Shown here: in pieces, positions 49,748-57,782 of the stretch
Layout of the letters: each line of letters opens with the position of its first letter
How positions within the stretch are numbered: position 1 is the first letter of the stretch
Source: Alphaproteobacteria bacterium
GTDB lineage: Bacteria > Pseudomonadota > Alphaproteobacteria > UBA828
NCBI GenBank assembly: GCA_965237415.1
Contig: CBDEFM010000002.1
Span: forward strand, 224,001 to 288,000
Length of the DNA stretch: 64,000 bases
Reading direction: 5' to 3'
Program-made: the position numbers and the translations under genes
Notes under the pieces: generated by a model
Told to the model about the DNA's origin: nothing
The model's database searches: none
The model's input: only the letters and a program-made list of their open reading frames with translations

Positions 49748-50761
49748 TCAGACGATAATGTCTGGGTCTGCGATCAGGGCCTCCTGTTCGGCGAGGATCG
49801 CCACCGCGTCCTCGTGGGAAACACGGACGAAGCGGGTCTCCTCGAAGGGGCGGATCTGACCGACGCGCGCCATGTCGGTGGAGATCACGACGGCGATCCG
49901 CGCGTAGCCGCCGATGCTCGGTGAATCGACGCAGAGCACGATCGGCTCGACGCCAGAGGGGACCTGCACGGTGCCTACCGGCGCGCCGGGGTCGATGACG
50001 ATGTTGGAGGGGTCTACGCCGGCATCCTCGTTCAGGTAGCGTGGCCGCCCCGGCTTGAAGGAGAGTTCTGGGCCGATGAAACGCATCCCCGTCCGGTCTG
50101 CCTTCGGGTTGAGCTTCCACGCGGTCGCGTAGAAGGCCTCGACGCTCTCTTCTGTGAAGTGATGTGCCTCCGGCCCGGCCACGACGCGCACCTGCATGGG
50201 CGGCGCGTAACGGGGCACGAGGTCTGGCCGCAGCCGGCGCCCGGCGAGTTCCATGACTGGGGCCTTCGCTGTGCCCACCGGCAGGCGGTCGCCTTGCGCG
50301 AGCGGCCGACCCTCCAGCCCGCCGAAGCCGCCGCTGACATGGGTAGCGCGGCTGCCCCGGTAGAGCGGCACGTCGATCCCGCCATGGACCGCGAGATAGG
50401 CCCGTGCGCCGCTCATCGCGAGGCCGCAGGCGAGTGTCTGGCCCTCACGCAAGACGAATGATGACCAGCACTGCACCGGCTCACCATCCAGGGTCGCGCC
50501 CGTGTCGGCGCCGGTGAGCGCCAGTACGTGGTCCTGTAGCGCCCTGAGCTTCAATCGGCCGAGGGTCATCTCAAGCCCAGCCGCGCCCGGGTCCTCGCGC
50601 ACCACGAGCGGACCTCCAGGCGGGTTGCCGACGAGCAGATTGGCGATCCTGAGCGCGAATCCGTCCTGCGCGCCCGAGGGCGGAATCCCGAGTGCCTGCC
50701 CGCCGCGCCGGCCCATGTCCTGGACCGTGGTGCGCAGGCCGCCATGGATCACTTCGAGCAT
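49748..50761 (-). CDS. pxpC: PxpC/KipA-type carboxyltransferase domain protein (allophanate hydrolase subunit 2)
   Basis: TTVQDMGR, PPSGAQD, ANLLVGN, GARAYLAVHGGID, DRTGMR, GTVQVP, GGYA. Confidence 0.8.
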   Translation of the reverse strand: MLEVIHGGLRTTVQDMGRRGGQALGIPPSGAQDGFALRIANLLVGNPPGGPLVVREDPGAAGLEMTLGRLKLRALQDHVLALTGADTGATLDGEPVQCWSSFVLREGQTLACGLAMSGARAYLAVHGGIDVPLYRGSRATHVSGGFGGLEGRPLAQGDRLPVGTAKAPVMELAGRRLRPDLVPRYAPPMQVRVVAGPEAHHFTEESVEAFYATAWKLNPKADRTGMRFIGPELSFKPGRPRYLNEDAGVDPSNIVIDPGAPVGTVQVPSGVEPIVLCVDSPSIGGYARIAVVISTDMARVGQIRPFEETRFVRVSHEDAVAILAEQEALIADPDIIV

Positions 50762-51633
50762 CAGGCCGGCCCCCACGTGCTCTCGGGGTCGCGCTTCTCC
50801 TCGGGCTCCCCGATCTCAGCAAGCCAGTCCACATAGCCCGCGCAATCGAAGGTTCCCTCCTCGACCCGGTACGCGTAGGTGCCGGCCTCGACCTCTGCGC
50901 GAATCTCGTCGTATTCCTCGCGCGCGATCGATTCGTAGCGGTGGCGGTCGCCGGCGCGGGCTAGCACCGGGCCGTCGGCGAAGGCGGGGCTCAACTCCCT
51001 CGGGTCGAATATTTCGAGCGGGGTGCGGCCGAAGAGCTGGCCGCCCCCCGGCACGCGGATCGGATAGATGGTGGAGGTCAGACCGCCGAAGTTGAGCAGC
51101 CTGGCATGGGTCCACGTGCGGGGTGTGCGGTAGAGCGGCGCGCCGAAACGCTTCCCCGGGTCCATGGCGTAGGACATGAAGGCGCCGGGGACGAAGCCCA
51201 CGCCGGTGACCCAGTAGTCGCAGCGGGTGTGGGTCTCGATCACCTGGGCGACCGTCATGTCGTTGAACTCGGCGATGTATTCGATGTTGTTGCGCACGCC
51301 GAAGGCTTCGGCGCACTCGCGCGACCAGGGGTCGTCATAGAGTGCCGGGATGATCACCCGCCGGCTCGGCAGGGTCGAAACCGCGCCTTGGACTGCGATC
51401 AGTTCCTTCACTTGGGCGACGATGCGCGCGCGGGTGGTGGCGAGCGGGTCGAAGACGAGGCCGAGGGTGCGCACCTGCGGGTTGGTTTCGACAAGCCCCT
51501 TGGGCGCTTGCTCGCGCAGCGCGAAGTCGAGCGCCAGGATGCGGAAATTGAGCCGGATGCTTGTCTCGTCGCCGAACTCGACGTTGATCGCGGTGTCGCC
51601 CAGCGTCTTGAACACCGGTTCGTCGTAGATCAT
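50761..51633 (-). CDS. pxpB: PxpB/KipI-type carboxyltransferase domain protein (allophanate hydrolase subunit 1, long form)
   Basis: LGD...VEFG, IPALYDDPW, GFVPG, IYP...PGGGQLFGRTP. Confidence 0.75.
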   Translation of the reverse strand: MIYDEPVFKTLGDTAINVEFGDETSIRLNFRILALDFALREQAPKGLVETNPQVRTLGLVFDPLATTRARIVAQVKELIAVQGAVSTLPSRRVIIPALYDDPWSRECAEAFGVRNNIEYIAEFNDMTVAQVIETHTRCDYWVTGVGFVPGAFMSYAMDPGKRFGAPLYRTPRTWTHARLLNFGGLTSTIYPIRVPGGGQLFGRTPLEIFDPRELSPAFADGPVLARAGDRHRYESIAREEYDEIRAEVEAGTYAYRVEEGTFDCAGYVDWLAEIGEPEEKRDPESTWGPA

Positions 51634-51809
51634 GCCGCCCCCGCCGCTGCCGTGCCGCCATCATGGACAACCCGCCCGCACCGTCAATCTGCCCGCACCG
51701 GCAGGTGATCATTCAACCTCCACTTGCGAGATGACCAACTAAGGTGTACATACTCTCAAGGAATGGTGAGCGCGGTGTTCGAGACCGACGCAGACGTGGG
51801 GATTGGACC

Positions 51810-52091
51810 ATGCCGACCAAGATCTTCAAGGTGGCCGAAGCCCGAGCCAGCTTCTCGAGCCTCTTGGTGCGCGCCAAGGAGGGTGAGGAGATCATGATTA
51901 CAAAGGGCAGCGAACCGCAGGCGCGCATCGTCCCGCCGGCCGAGGCTGCGCAGCGCGAAGCCGCGCCGCTCAAGCACCTCAACCTGCCCGACGATCTCTT
52001 CGACCGCGAGGATCAAGAGCAAGTCATGATCGACGCCGGCGACTACGGCGATTCCCTCGGCATCTGGCGCGGCCCGCCGAAGGTTTCGTGA
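51810..52091 (+). CDS. Phd/YefM family antitoxin
   Basis: VAEARASFSSLLVRAKEGEEIMITKGSEPQARIVP. Confidence 0.88.
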   Translation: MPTKIFKVAEARASFSSLLVRAKEGEEIMITKGSEPQARIVPPAEAAQREAAPLKHLNLPDDLFDREDQEQVMIDAGDYGDSLGIWRGPPKVS

Positions 52092-52465
52092 GACTGCTTC
52101 TCGACAGCCATGCCGTCTACTGGTGGGTCGCCGGCAGCCGGAGATTGTCGGCGACCGCGAGGAAGCTGATCCTCGATCGCGAGAACGCCCTGCTGGTCAG
52201 CGCGGTCTCGATCTATGAGCTTGAGTGGAAGGCGCAGCGCAGCCGCATCGCCCTGCCGCCGCAGGAGCTGCGAGCTGCGCTCAGGCGCAATGACGTCGAG
52301 GACCTCGCCATCACCCACGACCATGCCGACTATGCGGCCCAGCTCGATTGGGACCACCGCGATCCGTGGGATCGCCTTCTGGCCGCCCAGGTGCGACTGG
52401 AGAACTGTTCCCTCGTCTCGGTCGACGAGGTCTTCGACGCCATCGGCGTCGACCGACAGTGGTGA
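52088..52465 (+). CDS. vapC: VapC (PIN domain) toxin
   Basis: LLLDSHA, VSAVSIYE, HRDPWDRLLAAQ, LVSVD. Confidence 0.9.
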   Translation: MRLLLDSHAVYWWVAGSRRLSATARKLILDRENALLVSAVSIYELEWKAQRSRIALPPQELRAALRRNDVEDLAITHDHADYAAQLDWDHRDPWDRLLAAQVRLENCSLVSVDEVFDAIGVDRQW

Positions 52466-52571
52466 GCCGCCGGCGCCGCTGCCAGTCTACGCGCTATCCA
52501 TATCCGACAACACGGGGACAGGCGCTGCGCGCGGCTTGAACATGACCAGCAAGATCATCCATAAGCGGACC

Positions 52572-52820
52572 ATGATTCGAGTCAATGTGGCTGAGGCCCG
52601 GGCCCACCTCTCGCGTTATCTTGAGCGCGTCGAGCGGGGCGAGACGGTCGTTCTGTGTCGGCGCAACGTGCCGATCGCCGAGATTCGCGCTCTCCCCAGG
52701 CCGACACGCGAGCCGCGCCCGGTCGGCATAGACCGCGGCATGACTATCTCCGCCGCCTTCTTCGAGCCGCTTCCCGATGAACTGCTGGCGGCGTTCGAAG
52801 GTGGTGGCGAGGACACGTGA
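52572..52820 (+). CDS. Second Phd/YefM family antitoxin
   Basis: VNVAEARAHLSRYLERVERGETVVLCRRNVPIAEI...FFEPLPDELLAAFEG. Confidence 0.88.
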   Translation: MIRVNVAEARAHLSRYLERVERGETVVLCRRNVPIAEIRALPRPTREPRPVGIDRGMTISAAFFEPLPDELLAAFEGGGEDT

Positions 52821-52879
52821 GGCTTCTTCTCGATACCCACATATTCCTCTGGCTGGCGGCTGAGGCCCCTCATCTGACC
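52817..52879 (+). pseudogene. Truncated vapC (first ~21 codons)
   Basis: GTG overlapping the antitoxin stop reads VRLLLDTHIFLWLAAEAPHLT, then runs into the antisense cutA end. Confidence 0.75.
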
Positions 52880-52893
52880 TGTCCCGCCCGCGG

Positions 52894-53235
52894 TCAGGCT
52901 TGGTCGGGATCGGTGGACGGAGGCACGGTCTCGGCGTCGATCCAGGCCAGATAGTCCGCGTTGCCGCCTGCGATCGGGAGCGCGATGACGCAGGGGCAAT
53001 CGTAGCTGTGCATTGCCTTAACCATGGCCGTGAGAGGCTCGACCAGATCGGCGCGGGTCTTCGCCCAGAGCATGGCTTCGTCGGCTTCACGCACTGCGCC
53101 GTCCCACCAGTAGACGGACGAGACGCCCGGCACGATATTGACCGACGCCGCAAGGCGCGCCTCTATCAAGGCGCGGCCGATGGCCTCAGCCTCGGGCTCG
53201 CTCGGGGCGGTCACGCAGACCGCGACGTGCGCCAT
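52894..53235 (-). CDS. cutA: Divalent cation tolerance protein CutA
   Basis: RLAASVNI, SVYWWDG, KT, HSYDCPCVIALPI, GNADYLAWI. Confidence 0.92.
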   Translation of the reverse strand: MAHVAVCVTAPSEPEAEAIGRALIEARLAASVNIVPGVSSVYWWDGAVREADEAMLWAKTRADLVEPLTAMVKAMHSYDCPCVIALPIAGGNADYLAWIDAETVPPSTDPDQA

Positions 53236-53318
53236 CCCTTGGTCCTCCCAGTCGTTGCGGCGTGCTGGTCCGACGATACAACAACTCGCCCGTGCGCGAG
53301 TGGCGAGGAAGGCGTGTG

Positions 53319-54700
53319 TGTCGAGAACATTCTGAGTTGACCGCTTCTGTTGTTGTGGCTGGCCCTGTGGGGAAGTGGTCAGGCGCGGAGCGGTTGTCCA
53401 CTTGTCCACGGGGCTTTGGCCGGTCGCGTCGAAGCGGATCACGCGGCCTGCCGGGTTGAGGTGTCGATGGGCTCGCCGCCGGCCTTGTAGCGGGCCAGGC
53501 ATCGGGGTCCGTGGAAGACGGCGAGCGTGCCATCGGGATACTCGTGCACCCGGACCGTGGCCTTGACGTAGTGGCGGCGGTGGCGGTCGGCGGGGAGCTG
53601 GAGCACCCGGCGCTTGTAGCGCACGGTGTTGTCGTTAGCGACGGTGCGCTCCTCCTGGACGCAGAGGATATCGTCGAGCGCGCCGGCGAAGGGGACGAAG
53701 GCGGTGCCCTGGTCCTCGGCCGGGGTGGCGAAGTGGGCGTTGTGTTGGGGCAGATAGACCTCCTTGAGGAAGCGGTTGGCCTCGTCGATCCCGGTGATGC
53801 CGGCGAGCCGGAGTTCCTGGGGCAGGCGCTTCTGCAAGGTGCCGAACATGCGCTCGGAGCGCCCCCTGGCCTCGGGCGAATAGGCTGCGATGAGCTCGAT
53901 GCCGAGGCGCTGAAGCGCGCGCCCGACCTGGGTCGGGTTGTCCTTGTCCACCTTGCCGCCCGCGTCGGGCGTGTGCCAGTAGTGGCTGGCCCGGTCGGCA
54001 TAGAGCGAGCAGAACAGCCCGCGCTCCCCGATCACCTCGAAAAGCGCCCGGAGGCTCGACATCGTGCCCTCCTCCTCGACGAAGAAGGCCGAGTAGATCT
54101 CGCTCGTGGCGTCGTCCATGGTGACGATCAGGTCGAGCGGCGGCTGGCCGGCGAGCCACTCATGCCGCGAGCCGTCCTGGTGCACCATCATGCCGGGAAG
54201 CGCGCGGCGTGGGCGCTTGCGCCGGTGCGCGCCACGGCGCGGTGCCGCCCGCCTGCGCCCATACGCCTGTAAGGTCAGCCGCACCCAGTTGTAGCTGCGC
54301 TTGCTGCCGTGCTCCGCCACCAGCTTCTCGTGGAAGTGCTTGGCGGTGAAGTCCCAGTAGCGGGTGTCGAACAGCTCAAGCACCCGCGCCACTTCGTCCA
54401 CCGGCGCGCGACGTGCCGAGAGGCGGCCCAGGCGGCGATCGTAGAGACCCTCCGCGCCTTCCGCCTCAAAGCGATCGCGCCAGCGCCGGAAGGTGCGCTC
54501 CGAGACGCCCAGGATCTCCGCCGCCTCCGCTTGGCCCAGCACACCGCGACGGGTGCGCCCGTAAACCTCTTCGAACTTCATCAGTCTCAGCCCCTGTGCC
54601 TGCTCCGTCCGACGCATCCAAACCCTCCGTGGCTTGGAAGCCTTCTAAAGCCGGACAGATCATCTGGTACATGGACCGGACATATCCCGTGTTACCGACA
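53319..54700 (-). mobile_element. IS1202-like (ISNCY) insertion sequence
   Basis: Ends TGTCGAGAACA... and ...TGTTACCGACA (imperfect IRs, TGT...ACA); flanking 17-bp direct repeats at 53302-53318 and 54701-54717; single transposase ORF. Confidence 0.88.
53439..54617 (-). CDS. ISNCY/IS1202-family DDE transposase
   Basis: N-terminal HTH (AAEILGVSERTFRRW), HQDGSRHEW, MDDATS, YADRAS, AYSPEARGRSERMFGTLQKRL. Confidence 0.93.
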   Translation of the reverse strand: MRRTEQAQGLRLMKFEEVYGRTRRGVLGQAEAAEILGVSERTFRRWRDRFEAEGAEGLYDRRLGRLSARRAPVDEVARVLELFDTRYWDFTAKHFHEKLVAEHGSKRSYNWVRLTLQAYGRRRAAPRRGAHRRKRPRRALPGMMVHQDGSRHEWLAGQPPLDLIVTMDDATSEIYSAFFVEEEGTMSSLRALFEVIGERGLFCSLYADRASHYWHTPDAGGKVDKDNPTQVGRALQRLGIELIAAYSPEARGRSERMFGTLQKRLPQELRLAGITGIDEANRFLKEVYLPQHNAHFATPAEDQGTAFVPFAGALDDILCVQEERTVANDNTVRYKRRVLQLPADRHRRHYVKATVRVHEYPDGTLAVFHGPRCLARYKAGGEPIDTSTRQAA

Positions 54701-54836
54701 GTCGAGGAAGGCGTGTGTTGCCGGCTCAGCGCGTCTGCGATAGGGTGTGACGGTGGCTCTAGGGTGCGGAGTCGATGGTCCCGCCCCAAGTAACCCCAGG
54801 ATGGAGCAAGGGCCTAACGTGGGCGACAACGGCAGC

Positions 54837-55811
54837 ATGCAGGTCATCCTGGCGGAACCCCGCGGCTTTTGCGCAGGCGTCGAGCGGGCGATCGAGATCG
54901 TGGAGCGCGCCCTCGAAGTCTTCGGCCCGCCGGTCTACGTCCGGCACGAGATCGTGCACAACAAGCGCGTGGTGGAAGACCTGCGCAAAAAGGGCGCGGT
55001 CTTCGTCGAGGAGATCGACGAGGTGCCGGAAGGCGCGGTCACCATCTTCAGTGCCCACGGCGTCTCCGAGAAGGTAGAGAGCGAAGCCGGGCGCCGGAAC
55101 CTGCCGGTGATCGACGCGACCTGCCCGCTGGTGGCGAAAGTCCATATCGAGGCGCGGCGCTACGAGGGCGAGGGGCGCGAGATCATTCTCATCGGCCACG
55201 ACGGGCATCCCGAGGTCGAGGGCACCAGCGGCCGCGTGAAGAACGGCGTCCACATCGTCGCCACGCCGGCCGACGTCGCCAGGCTCGAGGTGGCCAACCC
55301 CGACAAGGTCGCCTACGTCACCCAGACCACGCTCAGCGTCGACGATACCCGCGACGTGATCGACGCGCTGACGTCGCGCTTTCCGAGCATCTCCGGACCC
55401 GACGTCAAGGACATCTGCTACGCGACCCAGAACCGCCAGGCCTCGGTGCGCAAGCTCGCCGAAGAGGTCGAGCTGATCCTCGTGGTGGGCGCGCGCAACA
55501 GCTCCAACTCCAACCGCTTGCGGGAGATCGGCGAGGAGATGGGCGTGCCAACCCACCTGATCGACGACGCCCGCGACCTCGACCCGACGTGGTTCGACGG
55601 CGTGCGCCGGGTGGGGGTGACCGCCGGCGCGTCCGCACCCGAAGAACTGGTGCAGGACCTGGTCGCCCGGCTGCGGGAGATCAACGCGGTCGAGCTTCAG
55701 ATCCAGGACGGGATCCAGGAGCGGGTGCGGTTCAAGCTGCCGGCCGAGCTGGTCGAGGCCAGCGGCAACGGCAAGGCGCAGAAGCCTGCCGCCGGTGCGC
55801 CCGGTGGCTGA
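54837..55811 (+). CDS. ispH: 4-hydroxy-3-methylbut-2-enyl diphosphate reductase
   Basis: [51 protein letters not shown]. Confidence 0.96.
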   Translation: MQVILAEPRGFCAGVERAIEIVERALEVFGPPVYVRHEIVHNKRVVEDLRKKGAVFVEEIDEVPEGAVTIFSAHGVSEKVESEAGRRNLPVIDATCPLVAKVHIEARRYEGEGREIILIGHDGHPEVEGTSGRVKNGVHIVATPADVARLEVANPDKVAYVTQTTLSVDDTRDVIDALTSRFPSISGPDVKDICYATQNRQASVRKLAEEVELILVVGARNSSNSNRLREIGEEMGVPTHLIDDARDLDPTWFDGVRRVGVTAGASAPEELVQDLVARLREINAVELQIQDGIQERVRFKLPAELVEASGNGKAQKPAAGAPGG

Positions 55812-55849
55812 GCGTACTGCGCCGGCATGACGCTCACGAGCGGTCCGCA

Positions 55850-57022
55850 ATGTCCGTCCCTCTGATCCAGAAAATACGTGTCGGCGCCTATATCGTGGGC
55901 AAGAAGCTCACGGGCGAGAAGCGCTATCCCCTGGTGCTGATGCTCGAGCCGCTCTTCCGCTGCAACCTCGCGTGCCCCGGCTGCGGCAAGATCGACTACC
56001 CGCCCGAGATCCTGAACCAGCGCCTCAGCGTCGACGAGTGCCTGCAGGCGGTGGACGAGTGCGGCGCGCCGATGGTGTCGATCCCAGGCGGCGAACCGCT
56101 GATCCACCCGGAGATCGGGGAGATCGTCGCCGGCATCATCGCGCGCAAGAAGTTCGTCTATCTCTGCACGAACGCGCTGCTGCTCAAGAAGAAGCTCGAT
56201 CTCTTCACCCCGACGAAATATCTGACCTTCTCCGTCCACCTCGACGGGCTGGAGGAGGAGCACGACCACGCGGTGGATCAGCCCGGCACCTTCAAGCGCG
56301 CAGTGGCGGCGATCAAGGAGGCCCGGCGCCGGGGCTTCCGCGTCAACGTCAACGCCACCGTGTTCGACGGCCACCCGGCGGAGCGGCTCGCCGCCTTCTT
56401 CGACTTCGTTACCGACGAGCTCGGCGCCGACGCGATCACCGTCTCGCCCGGCTATTCCTACGAGCGGGCGCCCGATCAGCAGCACTTCCTCAACCGCAGC
56501 AAGACCAAGGAGCTGTTCCGCGAGATCTTCGCGCGCGGCGCCGGTAAGAAGTGGCGCTTCAGCCAGTCCAGCCTGTTCCTGGATTTCCTGGCGGGCAATC
56601 AGAGCTTCCAATGCACGCCCTGGGGCAATCCCACCCGCAACGTCTTCGGCTGGCAGAAGCCCTGCTACCTGATCGGCGAAGGCTATACCGGCAGCTTCCG
56701 CGCCCTGATGGATGAAACCGACTGGGATTCCTACGGGACCGGGCGCTACGAAAAGTGCGCGGACTGCATGGTCCACTGCGGCTATGAGCCGACGGCGGCT
56801 GAGCACTCGCTGTCGCGGCCCTGGGCGGCGCTGATGGTCAAGCTGCGCGGGATCAGGACAACGGGGCCGATGGCGCCCGAGATCGACCTGAGTCAGGCGC
56901 GGCCCGCCGAGTACATATTCGACCGACACGTGCAGGAGAAGCTGCGCGACATTCGCCTGGCCGAGGAAGCGACGTCACAGACTCAGGAGAAGGGACGCCG
57001 CCCGGCGACCAACGCGGCGTAG
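55850..57022 (+). CDS. hpnH: Adenosyl-hopene transferase (radical SAM)
   Basis: YPLVLMLEPLFRCNLACPGCGKIDYP, CTPWGNPTRNVFGWQKPCY, KCADCMVHCGYEPTA. Confidence 0.95.
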   Translation: MSVPLIQKIRVGAYIVGKKLTGEKRYPLVLMLEPLFRCNLACPGCGKIDYPPEILNQRLSVDECLQAVDECGAPMVSIPGGEPLIHPEIGEIVAGIIARKKFVYLCTNALLLKKKLDLFTPTKYLTFSVHLDGLEEEHDHAVDQPGTFKRAVAAIKEARRRGFRVNVNATVFDGHPAERLAAFFDFVTDELGADAITVSPGYSYERAPDQQHFLNRSKTKELFREIFARGAGKKWRFSQSSLFLDFLAGNQSFQCTPWGNPTRNVFGWQKPCYLIGEGYTGSFRALMDETDWDSYGTGRYEKCADCMVHCGYEPTAAEHSLSRPWAALMVKLRGIRTTGPMAPEIDLSQARPAEYIFDRHVQEKLRDIRLAEEATSQTQEKGRRPATNAA

Positions 57023-57757
57023 CCGGTGCATCGCCTGCGCCCCGTCGAGCGCAAGCGTCAGCATATCGAGACATTCCCACGGCCGTCGCAGCAGCGCGAC
57101 GGCTATCGCCGCGCCGTCGACGCGGCCCTCCTCGGTAAGCCCGGCGAGGGCGGCCTGCGGGAGCGCGCGGTTGCTCGGATCGCTGACGACACGGAGCACC
57201 ACGAAGGGCACGCCTGCCGCTGACGCAGCACGGGCGACGACGTGGCTCTCCATATCTGCGGCTCCGGCGCGGGTTTGCGCGAAGAGAGAGAGCTTCTGAT
57301 CGCCGTACATCAGCGGGTGTTCGACGCCGGCGATGGCGCCGCCTTCGACCCGCTCTCCGAGACCCTGGCTCAGCAGCTCGCGCACGCGCCCATCCACCGC
57401 CAGGTAGCTCTCGGCCGGCGGCGGCTCCGGCGGCCCTCGCCCCTCGTCACGCTTGAAGGACGTCATCCGCTGGAGCTGGTCGCGCACACCGCCGCGATCG
57501 GGCGTTTCGACCTCCCCCTCGTGGGCAATCACCGTCTCGGGAAGCAACAGGGCACCCGGGCCGAAACGCGGGTCGAGCCCGGCGGCCAAGCCGTAGCTCA
57601 CCAGCAGCGTTACACCGCCAGCGACCATGGCGTCGGCCGCCTGCGCTGCCCGCGCCGGATCGGCGGCCGAGACCGCGATCCAGAAGTCGTCTTCGGGAAG
57701 GGTTGCCGCTTCCGCCGCGAGGCCCGTGATGACGCCGATGCGGGACCGGTCGGCCAT
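56975..57757 (-). CDS. hpnG: Hopanoid-associated nucleoside phosphorylase
   Basis: GVITGLAAEA, VSYGLAAGLDP, ADMESH, LRVVSDP; directly downstream of shc. Confidence 0.8.
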   Translation of the reverse strand: MADRSRIGVITGLAAEAATLPEDDFWIAVSAADPARAAQAADAMVAGGVTLLVSYGLAAGLDPRFGPGALLLPETVIAHEGEVETPDRGGVRDQLQRMTSFKRDEGRGPPEPPPAESYLAVDGRVRELLSQGLGERVEGGAIAGVEHPLMYGDQKLSLFAQTRAGAADMESHVVARAASAAGVPFVVLRVVSDPSNRALPQAALAGLTEEGRVDGAAIAVALLRRPWECLDMLTLALDGAQAMHRLRRVGRRAASLLLSL

Positions 57758-57782
57758 GGTGCCCCGGCCCTCAACCTTCTTG

